DNA of 64,000 bases from Octopus sinensis (taxonomy: Eukaryota), in NCBI RefSeq assembly GCF_006345805.1, contig NC_043013.1, positions 11,408,001 to 11,472,000 on the forward strand, given 5' to 3'. The position numbers and the translations under genes are program-made. The notes below the pieces were generated by a model, which searched no databases, was not told where the DNA came from, and saw only the letters and a list, made by a program, of their open reading frames with translations. Position 1 is the first letter of the stretch, and every line of letters begins with the position of its first letter. Below, one piece after another: positions 12,455-25,491 of this stretch.

Positions 12455-12665
12455 AGTTCAACATGTGACCTCGTGAGCACCGCCAGCAATTTTTTTCCTC
12501 TGTCTTCCCTTCTCTGGATCTTTTCTTCTCCTTTGTTTCCGACGAAGAGCTCCGCTCGAAACGTTAAACCCTCATTCTTCCCTTCTTTCCCGAGCGTCCA
12601 ATAATACTTTATTTGTTCCACGACCTCGCGTCGCTGTGTTTTTTATTGTTTTCTTGTTTGGATTA

Positions 12666-12668
<3 letters not shown>
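12455..12668 (+). mobile_element. Probable Penelope-like element terminal (pseudo-LTR) fragment embedded in (TA)n, carrying a hammerhead-like motif
   Basis: A ~210-bp unique segment flanked on both sides by (TA)n. It contains GTTT-CCGACGA-A-GAGC-TCC-GCTC-GAAAC-GTT-AAAC, the xGAnGAA...CGAAACG pattern typical of PLE termini. The family assignment is inferred. Confidence 0.55.
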
Positions 12669-12726
<58 letters not shown>

Positions 12727-13002
12727 GTAATATACTTATATATAAACGTATATTTGTCAAAAACTGTGTAATAAGGTATCGTAAATGTTTAGTTAGAATA
12801 CACATGGCTTTTTTCATTGCATTGACTATGCAACTATAATCTCATGTAAACAGAATATGAGGCACGAGGTTCGTGTTAGATGATTTGCAGTACGATCAAA
12901 TAATTTAGACAGCAGAAAAGCAAAGTTCGAAGTTTTAAAACCTATCTCTGCACACTTTATGCTCACATACATTCGTTTATATATGTATGTGTTCCTAAAT
13001 AT

Positions 13003-13069
<67 letters not shown>

Positions 13070-13207
13070 TATAGATATATATATATATGTACACACAAAC
13101 AAACATATACATGCTTACAAACATAGACATGCACACATACATACATACATACATACATTCATACACACACATCCATATACGTACATACAAACATACTTAC
13201 ATACATG

Positions 13208-13243
<36 letters not shown>

Positions 13244-13676
13244 CTCACATTTAATTTTATTAAAGTAATGTATAAATATATACAACTTATGTTTGAATAA
13301 AATTCTGCTTACAAATGTCTACAACTATTTAACGCACACTCATATAAATACACACACACATACACACACACACATACACACATACACATACACACTTACA
13401 TACACAATCACGCATTCACATATTTATATGTGATCTTTGTTTATGTGTGCGAGTGAGTATTACATGTGTGTGTGTGTATGTGTGTGTGTCTGTGTGTGTG
13501 ACTATATAATAATTAAGAAAGGGATTAAGCTATAAATAATTTTAAAACTATCACTGAAAAATAAAAGAAAATTACATGAATAAAAATACAAGTAAGAAGA
13601 TATTAGTAAGGTAAAATATCAGAAGTTATTTAAAATGATATGAAATGAAATAACCCAAATAAGAATTTCGCCGATA

Positions 13677-14074
<398 letters not shown>

Positions 14075-14627
14075 GTATGTGTGATTACGAATCTAAAAAT
14101 AAAATTTATAAAGAAATAGAAAAAATATAGTGAAAAATAGAGGAATAAATATAAAAATAAGAAAAATAAATTTGGAAAAGAAAATATAAAACATATATCA
14201 TCACTGATCTCGAGCTTTAATATCTATTGTATTACTCCTTCAAGTATTGGTTTTTCATCAAATTCGTCTCATTTGTTCAGATGACCTTTCACCTCTTATT
14301 CGATAACCCATCGACCTTCTTGGTCAACATCTGAAAAATCAAGCTAAAACAAAAAGAATTAAAAAACAAAATGTGAAAAACAAAATTCATGAAAATTACA
14401 GAAAAATAAGAAAAAAATAAATAAAAGGAGAAAATTATATGAAAGAAAGAAAGATATAATGAAAGAACTAACATCCGACTATCCAGTCTCAAGCTGAAAA
14501 TAATTATTCTACACACTAAATTCAAACTACCATCATTTCGCCACATCCATTACGCACATACCCACATCTCTCTATCTCTCTCACATTTTGGCTCTTTCTC
14601 TATCCGTTTCGTTCTTTGATCTGATTG

Positions 14628-14671
<44 letters not shown>

Positions 14672-14720
14672 TTATATTTAATATATATATACACATATAC
14701 ATATATATATACACACATAT

Positions 14721-14792
<72 letters not shown>

Positions 14793-15597
14793 AGTATATG
14801 TGTCTGTGTGTATGTGTGTTACGGTGGCCATTTTGTTTTTGGTTTTTTTTCGACATCATTTTCTTTCGTATTTTCTTATAATTTTTTGTTGACTCATTTT
14901 TACCCGACACTTTACTTTCATTGAATTTTTTTTTTTTTTACTGAAAATAATATTACCCCTCTCCATCTTTTACGCACCTATATTAATTATAATTATTTTT
15001 GAAATATTTTATTTCATTTCTGTATTTCTTTATTTATTTTCGGTTCGCCATTTTGGGAATTTTTTTTCCTTTGCGTTGATTATATCTTTCTATTACATCT
15101 CTTGTAGCAGACTTTCCAATATATAACTTCAGTCAGTCAGACAGACAAACAGTAATTCCTTCCATTCCTTACTTCTTTTCTTCCTTCCTTCCTTCCTTCA
15201 TTCATATTATTTTTTTCTCCTATATATTATGTTATATATAATATTTATTTTGTTTAAACTCATTTGTACCTTACCTATTCCAGCCAGACACACATACGCA
15301 CACACACACACACACGGATATACGCGCGAAGGCAGGCGGGCTGGCGGATATTTTCTATCTTTAATTGAAACGCAACGAAAGAAATGTAATAAAATAGAAT
15401 AAAATATATTTATATTGATAAAATAGAATAAAATAAAACAGCAATACAAAAAAAACAGAACATATTTAAATGAAGGAAATACAGATAAAACAGTTTCATT
15501 TCGGAAATATCGGCGAAGAAATATTTAATTTATTGTAAGGTACTGTTATCAGTCGATATTAAGATTTACAGTTTAAGGGTTATCTTTCACTAAAAAT

Positions 15598-15631
<34 letters not shown>

Positions 15632-16284
15632 GTATATATGTAACTATATTTAAATTTATACATATACGTATATAAGTGTATATATGTCTGTGTGACTATG
15701 TATGTATATTGAATAAGAGAAATATCGTATAATCTGATATGAAAGATATTTTATATTAGATTATTCCGAGTGTATCTTTATTTCTTTAAATCATTAAACA
15801 TTTAAAAGTTATTTTAGGATTCAGGTTTTGATTGTATTCTCCCCTTTATTATTTAAACTACTTTTGTTCTTTGTCTAATCCTCCATAAAAAGAAGAATTA
15901 ATTTTCTATTTTATTTTTGAACATTTTCATACATTTATTTTTTATTCGAACAGAATCACGCGAATTTATACTTTAACCTTAACTTAAATATAACTTTCCC
16001 CATTTCATGTTCATTGAATGTACTCTGAAATCCGCGCCTACTCTATGACTTGTCTACCGCTACTATATATATACTGAATAAGACCCTTACTAAGTTTATC
16101 AGCCTACTTGAAATTAAAGTCAACTATCCAATATTATTCCACCGTCCTGAAACCAGCGATATACGTTGAATAATGTGGCCCTAACTGAGAATCAGTGTGA
16201 TTAAAAATCTTGGAGGGTTTTAGTTTTGGGTGTATTTTATGAGATAAGCCTTGGGTTCAGGCATTACTTGATAGTACGCGCGAA

Positions 16285-16445
16285 GGTTTGATGCCTTATA
16301 GTTAGGATGTTTCATTCACGATCATGCGATCGTGATATCGGTTAAAAGACCAGAGGGTGCATTGTGTTCCTGAGCAGAACACATTTCACGTTGCTGAACG
16401 CCATTCTCAGCTGTAAATGAGAACCCTTGAGACGGACTGATATTT
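16285..16445 (+). mobile_element. SINE family C (tRNA head plus CORE-like domain), degraded
   Basis: GCATTGTGTTCCTGAGCAGAACACATTTCACGTTGCT...CTCAGCTGTAAATGAG resembles 23545-23620 and 62540-62610. Confidence 0.6.
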
Positions 16446-17507
16446 CTTTAAGATACATGTTGCAATCTCGACTTGCTTGAAATTTTGAAAACCGGGTAAT
16501 CGGTTTGTGAAATCCTGGACTCCACAAAAGCATTTTTGTCTTTTAAAATAATATGATAGTGTATTGCATTAATTTGTCTTTCTTTCCACCCTTTCTCTGC
16601 CATGAATGTGGCATTAAAGATTATTTTCAAAACTTTCTTCTTTCTGGTTTTCCGAAAAGAACATTTCGGATTGAACTAAGTCTCAATTACTAGAACAGTT
16701 TTTTAAAATGACTTCACGATATAATAATTAGAGTCACTTTCCAGAATAGAAATAAGAAATTTTTATACAATCACAGTTTTTGTAGGATGAACGTGTTGCT
16801 ACCAATCACGAATGCATTTATAGTTATTTAACTTTAACTCGCTAGATATGTATACAAATGTGAAGTTGTGCCTAATTAGGCTGCTTGCAAAATGTATTAC
16901 TTTTTTCCTAAAGCTTTGCTATTTTTTGAAATTTTCTATCACCAATACTTTTCTCGCTGGTCCTCGCTGGCAAGAAGAGCTAAAGTTAGTAGTTGTCAAA
17001 TAAATGTCGAAAACTGATAGTTACCATTTGCTCTTAGTGCTAACATATAGCTTGGGTTATTTCAGAGTTTTCTTCTTCATGTGAAGAGATATTTGAAAAT
17101 GATATTAATGCAGGATTCAAGTAAAAGAATCAGAGTTGGGAGAAACACAGTTTACGAATTACACTGACACTTAAGGCATTTAAAAAGACAAAACACTATG
17201 GTACTATCATAATCATCTTCGTAGTTGTCATCGTCATTGTCATCGTCGTCGTGTCATCAGGATTTTGAATTACTGTGTCGAGGCTAGAACTCACGGGGCC
17301 GACCATTCGGTTTCCATGCCGTCTAAGGGTCCTAAATCACAACATTGGTTCAAAAGAGTTGTTATATTATAGGACATGGGATTCACTGTTCATTGCATGG
17401 GCGATTAACATTTTGAGGCAATACATAACTACGAATTGTAGGCCGGGTACTAGCTTCATATACCACCGTGATATCTCTTTGTATTGGTTAATTTAATACT
17501 GCAGCTT

Positions 17508-17729
17508 TTCTTTTACTTGTTTCAGTCATTTGATTGCGGCCATGCTGGAACAGCGCCTTTAGTCGAGAAAATCGACCCCAGGACTTATTTTTGTAAGCCT
17601 AATACTTATTCTATCGCTCTGTTTTGCCGAACCGCTAAGTTACGGGGATGTAAACACACCAAAATTGCTTCTCTATCGATAGTCGTGGGGTAAACACAGA
17701 CACACAAATATATACATACTTACGACACG

Positions 17730-17798
<69 letters not shown>

Positions 17799-17960
17799 GA
17801 CGGGCTTCTTTTCAGTTTCCGTCTTCCAAATCCACTCACAAGACTGGGCGGGCCGAGGTTAGAATAGAAGACACTTGCCCGAGATGCCACGCAGTGGGAC
17901 TCAATCCGGAACTTTGTAGTTGGGAAGCAAGCTTCTTACCATATAGCCACGCCTGCGCCT
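17508..17960 (-). mobile_element. SINE family A, full length, with internal (CA)n/(TA)n tract
   Basis: The minus strand begins AGGCGCAGGCGTGGCTATATGGTAAGAAGCTTGCTTCCCAAC...GAGTCCCACTGCGTGGCA (tRNA-like head). It is colinear with 38909-39428 and ends ...CAAATGACTGAAACAAGTAAAA. Confidence 0.92.
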
Positions 17961-19272
17961 TTTAGTTCTCTGATGTGGAAGCATCAACATATCCAAGAAC
18001 AAAGTCTTTGACGATTGGAGATATAAAGAATCAATTGCAGGTATTTCTATTTATTTATTTATTTATTTATTTATTCACCAGCGACATTCAAGTTTGACAT
18101 GAAGCATAAACATAAGCAAATGTTTCACCTCTAATGGGTTTTGAGATTTCACTTTCTACTTTGTGACTTCAAGTCAGTTAACTACATATTAGTAAAGTGT
18201 AAAGACTCCACGTGCAAATTATCTCCCCTTCTCATGCTACTGATGCGCACACAGGCATATAACTAAACCATAAGAATAACAATACGCATGTACATGCATA
18301 CTGTATTCACTACATCGTTATGTTGTATATTTAACCATCTTGAAAATAGCCGGTATTAACTGAAGATGACATGGCAGTTTTCTTTGTATGTCCAGCAATA
18401 ACATAAAGGTTTGTTTTGCATCCACCATATCCACCATCTCCGCTTTTACTGCGCCAGAATCTGTGCGTATACAAGAATATACTGAACTTTGGGAAAGTTT
18501 CAATGTGTCTAGCTTGCTACTCTGCTCCAGAAGGACTTATCATTGTTTGCATTGATCTTTAACACAGTCAAATGAAGAAGAAGGACATATTAATTAGACC
18601 GTTTATAATCTACCTTCTTGCTATATGACTGCAGGATGAACACTGAGCTGTGAGCACACAGCAACATACATATGTTCTGTATTTTCAGCGTTAGTTTTGC
18701 AAAAAATATTATGGATCAGTAAATACGAATTACAAGAGAATATTTACAGTGGAAGCAAACCAATAATGAAATTTGCCTTTTGTATTGGGACTGATTAAAG
18801 TATCATTTCAGGTTTGAGAATGAGTGAAATGTCTTAACGTTGAGACGGACGCTTCATAATGTTGTTTCGATCTCTCTGTGTTCGGATTTCAAATTCTGCC
18901 GTAGTCTAATCATGCACCTGACTTAGCACCTCGACCTAGTGCCATTCTGTTGTAAACTTTAAGGACACATCTCAAGTTTGAAAATACCTCCCTCTCATCT
19001 CCGCAGCGAACTTGCTAGAACTATGAAGGATCAACACCCATGTGTTCTTTCTGATCCTAAAGATTATAAAAGAAAATTCAATGACAAAAAACGAATATAC
19101 AGTCCGTTATTTAAAAATTAATCGAATTAAACTCTATACCGAACTGATGACAATGATGATGATGATGATGATGATGATGACGACGACAACGACGACGACG
19201 ACGACAACGATGATGATGGCGATAAGTATGAAGATGCTGTTGATGCTACAACTCATAACAACAATAATAATA

Positions 19273-19814
19273 AATGCCCTGATGCGATACCATGGCAGTG
19301 ACTTTCATTGGAAGTGTTATCATGTACATATTTTGTGTTGGTATAAAAAGATGCAGTACAGCAAATACTTTTTCCTATACCAGAGATTTGCTTGTCCGTA
19401 GCTTGAACTTAACCAGTTGAGAATGTCCTTTAGTGACTGATGTAATGTTCATCTCAGGTCAAGACCAAAGTTAGAGGAGGAGTTTCATAGGCATGTGTTG
19501 AAGAGAATTATTTGGGTTTAACTAATTCACACCTGGAAAAAAGAATTAGTGTTCTGTTTACCATACATAAAAAAAAAACCTCATTCAGAGACCTGAGCAG
19601 GATCGGCTACTCAACCTTAAGAAAATTCTAACAGAGCTCCGCCTGCAAGGCCATGCGCTGTTTATCTTGATACAAGGCTACCATGTCACGCATATATGGT
19701 TGCGATGCATGTAACTAGTGTGCCCTTATCAGACGGATAGTCATAATGTCTGTACTGAGACTCGTATATTTGTACCCCAGCGTCAATTTGATGGCAGGCA
19801 CTGCTCTCTCACTC
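19273..19814 (+). mobile_element. Element D, near-full-length copy
   Basis: Starts AATGCCCTGATGCGATACCATGGCAGTG after AATAATAATA and ends GCACTGCTCTCTCACTC-AATGACAAT; colinear with 34348-34899. Confidence 0.85.
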
Positions 19815-20879
19815 AATGACAATAACGATCTTAACAAAAACAAAAGTATGTAAAAAACTACTTTTTCTATATTCTCACTTGCACTTCAATGCTGGGACCA
19901 ACAGTGATTCAATATTGCATTGGTACTGTTCAACAATGTTTGTCTCCAAATTCCTTCACGCGCCAAATGTAGGAATATTTGAAGGCGCGCGCTCGCACAC
20001 ACACACACATATATATATATGTGTGTATGTGTGTGCATGTGTGTGTGCGGGTGCGCGCATTTGTATATATATTAATGTATATATGTATGCATATATGTAT
20101 GTATATAAATATGTATATATGTATATATTTATATATATATAAACGTATGTATGTAGATATATGCATATATGTATATATATATATATAAATATGAGTGTGC
20201 ATGTGTATATATATACATGCATATATATGTATATATATAAATATATATATACATTCATTCATATAAGCATATATATAGATGTATGTATATATATAATATC
20301 AAGAAAATATTTAAATAAAAAAATAGGTAAAATAATTTTAAAAAGGAAATGCTAAAAAGTTTAAAATAAATATGACCTGACCCACTGTAGCTGGGTATAA
20401 TATTTTAAAAAAATATTTTAGTTATTTTATTTTTTTTTGTAGTTTTCTTTTTGAAACCTGCCTATCTTAAGATATTCTCTGCTTTGCTAGGCAACAAGGA
20501 ATGAGCAGTTGAATGAATGGAATGGAAAAATGGAATGTTATGGAATTGTATGAAAATGGTATGGAATGTCAGACTGGAAATATCACGAAGATATCACCGA
20601 CCACATAAACTTTTCCTTCATCAAAACTAAAATCTACAGTTATGATGACAACGATACACAACAAAAACAACAACAACAACAAAAACACTGAACATGAACA
20701 GAGGAAAAGCAGAGTAGACATGATAATGGTGAAGATGCTGATGATGACAATGATGATGATGATGATGACCGTGGTGATCATTATAATCTTAGTGAAAATA
20801 TTAAAAATAAACAATTTCATTTTTGTAAAAAAAATTAATGATGATAACTATCATAACAGTGGGAGTAGCTGAAATAACA

Positions 20880-20898
20880 AATGATGATGATGATGATT

Positions 20899-20935
<37 letters not shown>

Positions 20936-21033
20936 CGACGACGACGACAATGACTGCGATGACGAGGACGAGGACGACAACAACGACGACGATGATGATG
21001 GTGATAATTAGAAAGACGCTGTTGCTACTGCTG

Positions 21034-21110
<77 letters not shown>

Positions 21111-21165
21111 AATAATAATGATAATGATAATAATAATGATAATAATAATATTATTAATAATAATA

Positions 21166-21215
<50 letters not shown>

Positions 21216-21291
21216 GATAATAATAATAATAATAATAATGATAATAATAATAATAATAATGATAATGATGATAATAATAATAATAATAATG

Positions 21292-21351
<60 letters not shown>

Positions 21352-21385
21352 GTAATAATAATAATAATCATAATAATAATGATGA
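20880..21385 (+). repeat. Compound trinucleotide microsatellite (GAT)n-(GAC)n-(AAT/GAT)n
   Basis: Directly visible; source of the poly-M/T/I ORF. Confidence 0.97.
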
Positions 21386-21687
21386 TGTTAACTAAAAAGT
21401 GCAAAGAAAAAAATTTATTTCAGATTTTATATTTTTGCAAAAATTTCACTTCTGTATATATTTTTTTATTCTGCATCCTACGAATACAACATTAAACTTT
21501 CCACTCAGAATTCCAGAGTGAATAACAAGATTGAAAAGAATTTATGTGAATAGAATAGAATATTCGTGGTTATGTATATGCATGTATGCATTTATATATT
21601 TGTATATATGCAAGTATGTTCATAAGAATACTTCTAGTAACGCGTCTATCTGCCCCTCTATCACATATATATCTAGGCACATATCTG

Positions 21688-21744
<57 letters not shown>

Positions 21745-22265
21745 CGCATATACGTCATAAATATATATGAATATGTATCTTTCTTTTTGCTTTGACAGAA
21801 ATTTTCATCACGTGACTAAGAATTTCAATGTATGTGCGTTTCTTTTCAGAGACCCAAATTTGGTGCTTGGTATATATTTACACGCCGGTGTATTTCTATA
21901 AAAATGCAAATAGGCAAAATACGTATGGATGAAAGTATATACATGCATACATACTTTTTATATCTTTACATTTAAGCGTATATATGTATACATTTATGTT
22001 TATGATTGCTACATATTTATACGTATGCATGCACACATATGCACTTATATATATATATATGGATAGATGGATACATACCTTAGGTAGATTGATAGACAGA
22101 CAGAAAGATAGATAAATAGAGAGAGAGAGATTGATAAGTATGGATATAAATGTATATATATATCGATATATATATATATACACATATATATAGATGCATG
22201 TGAGTGTGCATTGTTGGATATTGCATACATGCCTATCCATATGTATGCATATCTAAATGTATCTT

Positions 22266-22312
<47 letters not shown>

Positions 22313-22326
22313 TGGATATATATATC

Positions 22327-22376
<50 letters not shown>

Positions 22377-23472
22377 ATATATATATATGGATATATATAT
22401 ATATGTATATATGCATGTATTTATATGTATGCTCACATTTGCTCGTTGCATATACTTTTATTTGCAGTATGGACGTATATGCTCGTATGCATATTTTTTG
22501 CGAAGTTTCATGCAACCTGTTATACAAACTGCTAATATTAATGTTTCATTTTCATGCATGTATAAATACGTTTTTCACAATTTAGATGGATGACATATTT
22601 TTCTACATCTATCTATCTATCTATCCACCTTTCAGTGTCTGCTTGTGTATGCGTCTGTGCATGTGTGTGTTTATGTGTGTTTGTGGGTGCCCATGTTTTT
22701 TGCATAAATTTTATCCATAAAGTTTTTCAAAACACTTTGTAGCATTATTTGAAATTCTATTTTTGCTTTTGATAAATTTCAATAGCGTTGCTTTTTTCGC
22801 AAATATTCTTGACTGTTTTTCTTTCATTTGCAGCATGCCCCCTCTTTCTTTTTCTCTTTTTTTTCTTTTCTTATAATATCAAGGTTTTCCTTTCCCCTTT
22901 TGGTTATGTTAATAGCCGCTATCAATACTCTTCTGCGATAAGGATGAGGCAGTGAGGCTGCCTATATGAAGTTCCTTGATCTTCGATGACTCTAGCTGAC
23001 AAATTTCCGTCAAACTGTTAAAATATTTTGTTAAAATTAAAATGGATAGCATGGCTAAATCCGGAGAAAATTATGGCCAGCTTGGTCATGAGTGGAATGC
23101 CTACAAATGTAACAGATTAGTTAATTCTAAGCACATCTTTGCGCCAAACAGCAACACAAAAAATAGAACGTGTTGGATGATCTCTAGACTGAATAAGATA
23201 CAAACTGATAGCTTCTAATACTAACATTCGTTATTCTCATTGCTTTGACTGAGAAATGATGTTGACACTGTTGTAACTTTTGTCTCCTTGTCGATGTTTT
23301 CATTGAGTTCGGAGAGAATCCAGCGTTTGATTGTACTTCTACAAGCAAATGAATTTCCCTATGCAGAGCTCGATTGACCGTATATCGTTACGAAACGGCT
23401 GTAGCTCAAGAGAAATTCCAAGTGGTATAGGACAGATTAGTTATTGCTGTTATTGTCACCATTTTCATAGTG

Positions 23473-23720
23473 CAGGCGCGTGGCTTAATCGTTAGGGTAC
23501 TGAGCTTGTAATCGTAAGACTGAGGTTTCGATTACTGTACAGGTGACGTGTTATGTCCTTGAGCATAACACCTCATCTCACATTGCTCCAGTCCACTCAG
23601 CTGCCAAAAATGAGTAATCCTGCGACAAACCGGCGCCCCATCGAGGTGGGGTATATATACCCCATGAAACCGGGAAACTGGCCCTTATGAGTCTGTACGA
23701 TACGATAAGGTAACCTTTAT
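23473..23720 (+). mobile_element. SINE family C (tRNA-like head plus CORE-like domain)
   Basis: A-box-like TGGCTTAATCG and B-box-like GGTTTCGATTAC, then GTGTTATGTCCTTGAGCATAACACCTCATCTCAC.TTGCTCCAGTCCACTCAGCTG. The tail CCATGAAACCGGGAAACTGGCCC is shared with 62650-62680. Confidence 0.85.
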
Positions 23721-24000
23721 CACCATTGTCACACTTTTGTGATTAGTGATGGTGGGAGTGGTATTAGTGCTGTCGCTTAGGCTCTCACCCACCATTCTGG
23801 TTATTGACAAGTCTGAGCTAATTTACTGTCAAATAAAGTCAACGCTGTCATATTTGTTTCCAATTATTACTTTTTGCCTTCTGACAAACCTATATCTACT
23901 TTTTATACTTCTTCATCTCCTTCTCTACACAGGATCTTCTGCCATGTCTGACTAGTTAAACGTTTGCAATGGAAATGAGGACTATGCTGAAGATAATATT

Positions 24001-24216
24001 TTCTACTCTAGGCACAAGGCCTTGAAAATTTGGGTGGGAAGGGGACGAGTCGATTACACCAACCCCAGTGCGTAACTGCTACTTAATTTGTCGACCCCGA
24101 AAGGATGAAAGGCAAAGTCGACTTAGGCGAAATTTGAACTCAGAATGTAACGGCAGACGAAATACCGCAAAGCATTTCACTCGGCGTGCTAACGTTTCTG
24201 CCAGCTCACCGCCTTA
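24001..24216 (-). mobile_element. SINE family B, full length
   Basis: ATTTGTCGACCCCGAAAGGATGAAAGGCAAAGTCGAC...AATTTGAACTCAGAA...GCTAACGTTTCTGCCAGCTCACCGCCTT. Confidence 0.92.
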
Positions 24217-25103
24217 CAATGTTGAAGATAATGATGAAATGGTGGTGGTGGTGGTGGTATTAGTATAAAAGGTGATGTTAGCAATGCAGTTTGTACAATG
24301 TTTGTCGGACAGCAATGGGCTCAATAATCCAATGAACCTGCAAAAAGGTACCCAGGTATAAGTAGTACCCACACACATACACACATACACACTTACACAC
24401 ACACACATACACACTTACACACACACACATACACATAAACACACACATACACACATATAACAGGAGTCGTCGGAAATCGAGAATTGCTGTGCTCCCTAAA
24501 CTATTCACGGAATGTAGGTTTCGTAAAGTAAAGAACATTTAACCACATCCACTAAAGTTTGAAATTGAATTCACACATTCGCTCGAGCATCGCATAGAAT
24601 GTCACGCAATGTCTGGTAAGAATTTCAACGCTGGGACTTCATGTTCGGATCTGCATTTTATTTTAATAGGACCAATAAAAATAATCAGCATTACACCCAT
24701 CCATAGAGATAACTTGAAACGACGAAGCAGCATTGTCTCATAATTCTTATAGTCCTGACCATTTGACGATTTCTTCGCTCTCATTCGGATTTTCCATTTG
24801 AAAAAATTTCATTGAAGAACGATTTCTACAATCCTGTCATCTTCCTTTATTACGTAAGCCGTTAGTCCCGGCTGCCTTCTTTGTTTTGTTTCGACTACTA
24901 CATTGTTTTTGCCCATAGGTTTCAGTCTCAGTAGAAAGTCGTTCATATGTTATGCTTGTTCGTTCACCTCCTCAGTGATATTCGCTATACAACTGGCACA
25001 GCCAGGGAGATGATATACTGGAATTTGAAATATATTGACTGTAAACGTCCAGAGACTATAATGAGTCAGCTTCTCGATTGCTGATGAGAATATTTCTATA
25101 CTT

Positions 25104-25491
25104 GTGGAGGCGCAATGGCCCAGTGGTTAGGGCAGCGGACTCGCGGTCATAGGATTGCGGTTTCGATTCCCAAACCGGGCGTTGTGAGTGTTTATTGAGC
25201 GAAAACACTTAAAGCTCCACGAGGCTCCGGCAGGGGATGGTGGTGATCCCTGCTGTACTCTTTCACCACAACTTTCTCTCACTCTTACTTCCTGTTTCTG
25301 TTGTACCTGTATTTCAAAGGGCCGGCCTTGTCACTCTCTGTGTCACGCTGAATATCCCCGAGAACTACGTTAAGGGTACGCGTGTCTGTGGAGTGCTCAG
25401 CCACTTACACGTTAATTTCACGAGCAGGCTGTTCCGTTGATTCGGATCAACCGGAACCCTCGTCGTCGTAACCGACGGAGTGCTTCCATCC
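25104..25491 (+). mobile_element. tRNA-derived SINE (family K here; probably the published octopus OK-type SINE), full length with a 12-bp target-site duplication
   Basis: A box TGGCCCAGTGG at 25116-25126 and B box GGTTTCGATTCC at 25159-25170. The direct repeat ATTTCTATACTT lies at 25092-25103 and 25492-25503. The family name is not verified. Confidence 0.9.

Noticed and set aside
18400-18560. HPPYPPS peptide reminiscent of mariner HPPYSP
   Set aside because: The following residues do not match DLAPSDYHLF.
20505-20572. Short degenerate (TGGAA)n run
   Set aside because: Only a few imperfect units; ordinary low-complexity sequence.
22980-23160. Minus-strand WP*FSPDLAMLSI resembling the Tc1/mariner WPPxSPDL motif
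   Set aside because: A single short motif; the flanking QQDGA and downstream helices are not recognisable, so it is too weak to call.
25081-25090. CTGATGAG here (and CTGATGAAGG at 30911) as possible hammerhead cores
   Set aside because: No stem II followed by GAAA downstream, even after removing the SINE insertion.
23473-25180. tRNA-like sequences at SINE heads (23473, 25106; also 38909, 48609)
   Set aside because: They continue into SINE bodies and lack a proper acceptor-stem 3' end, so they are not tRNA genes.
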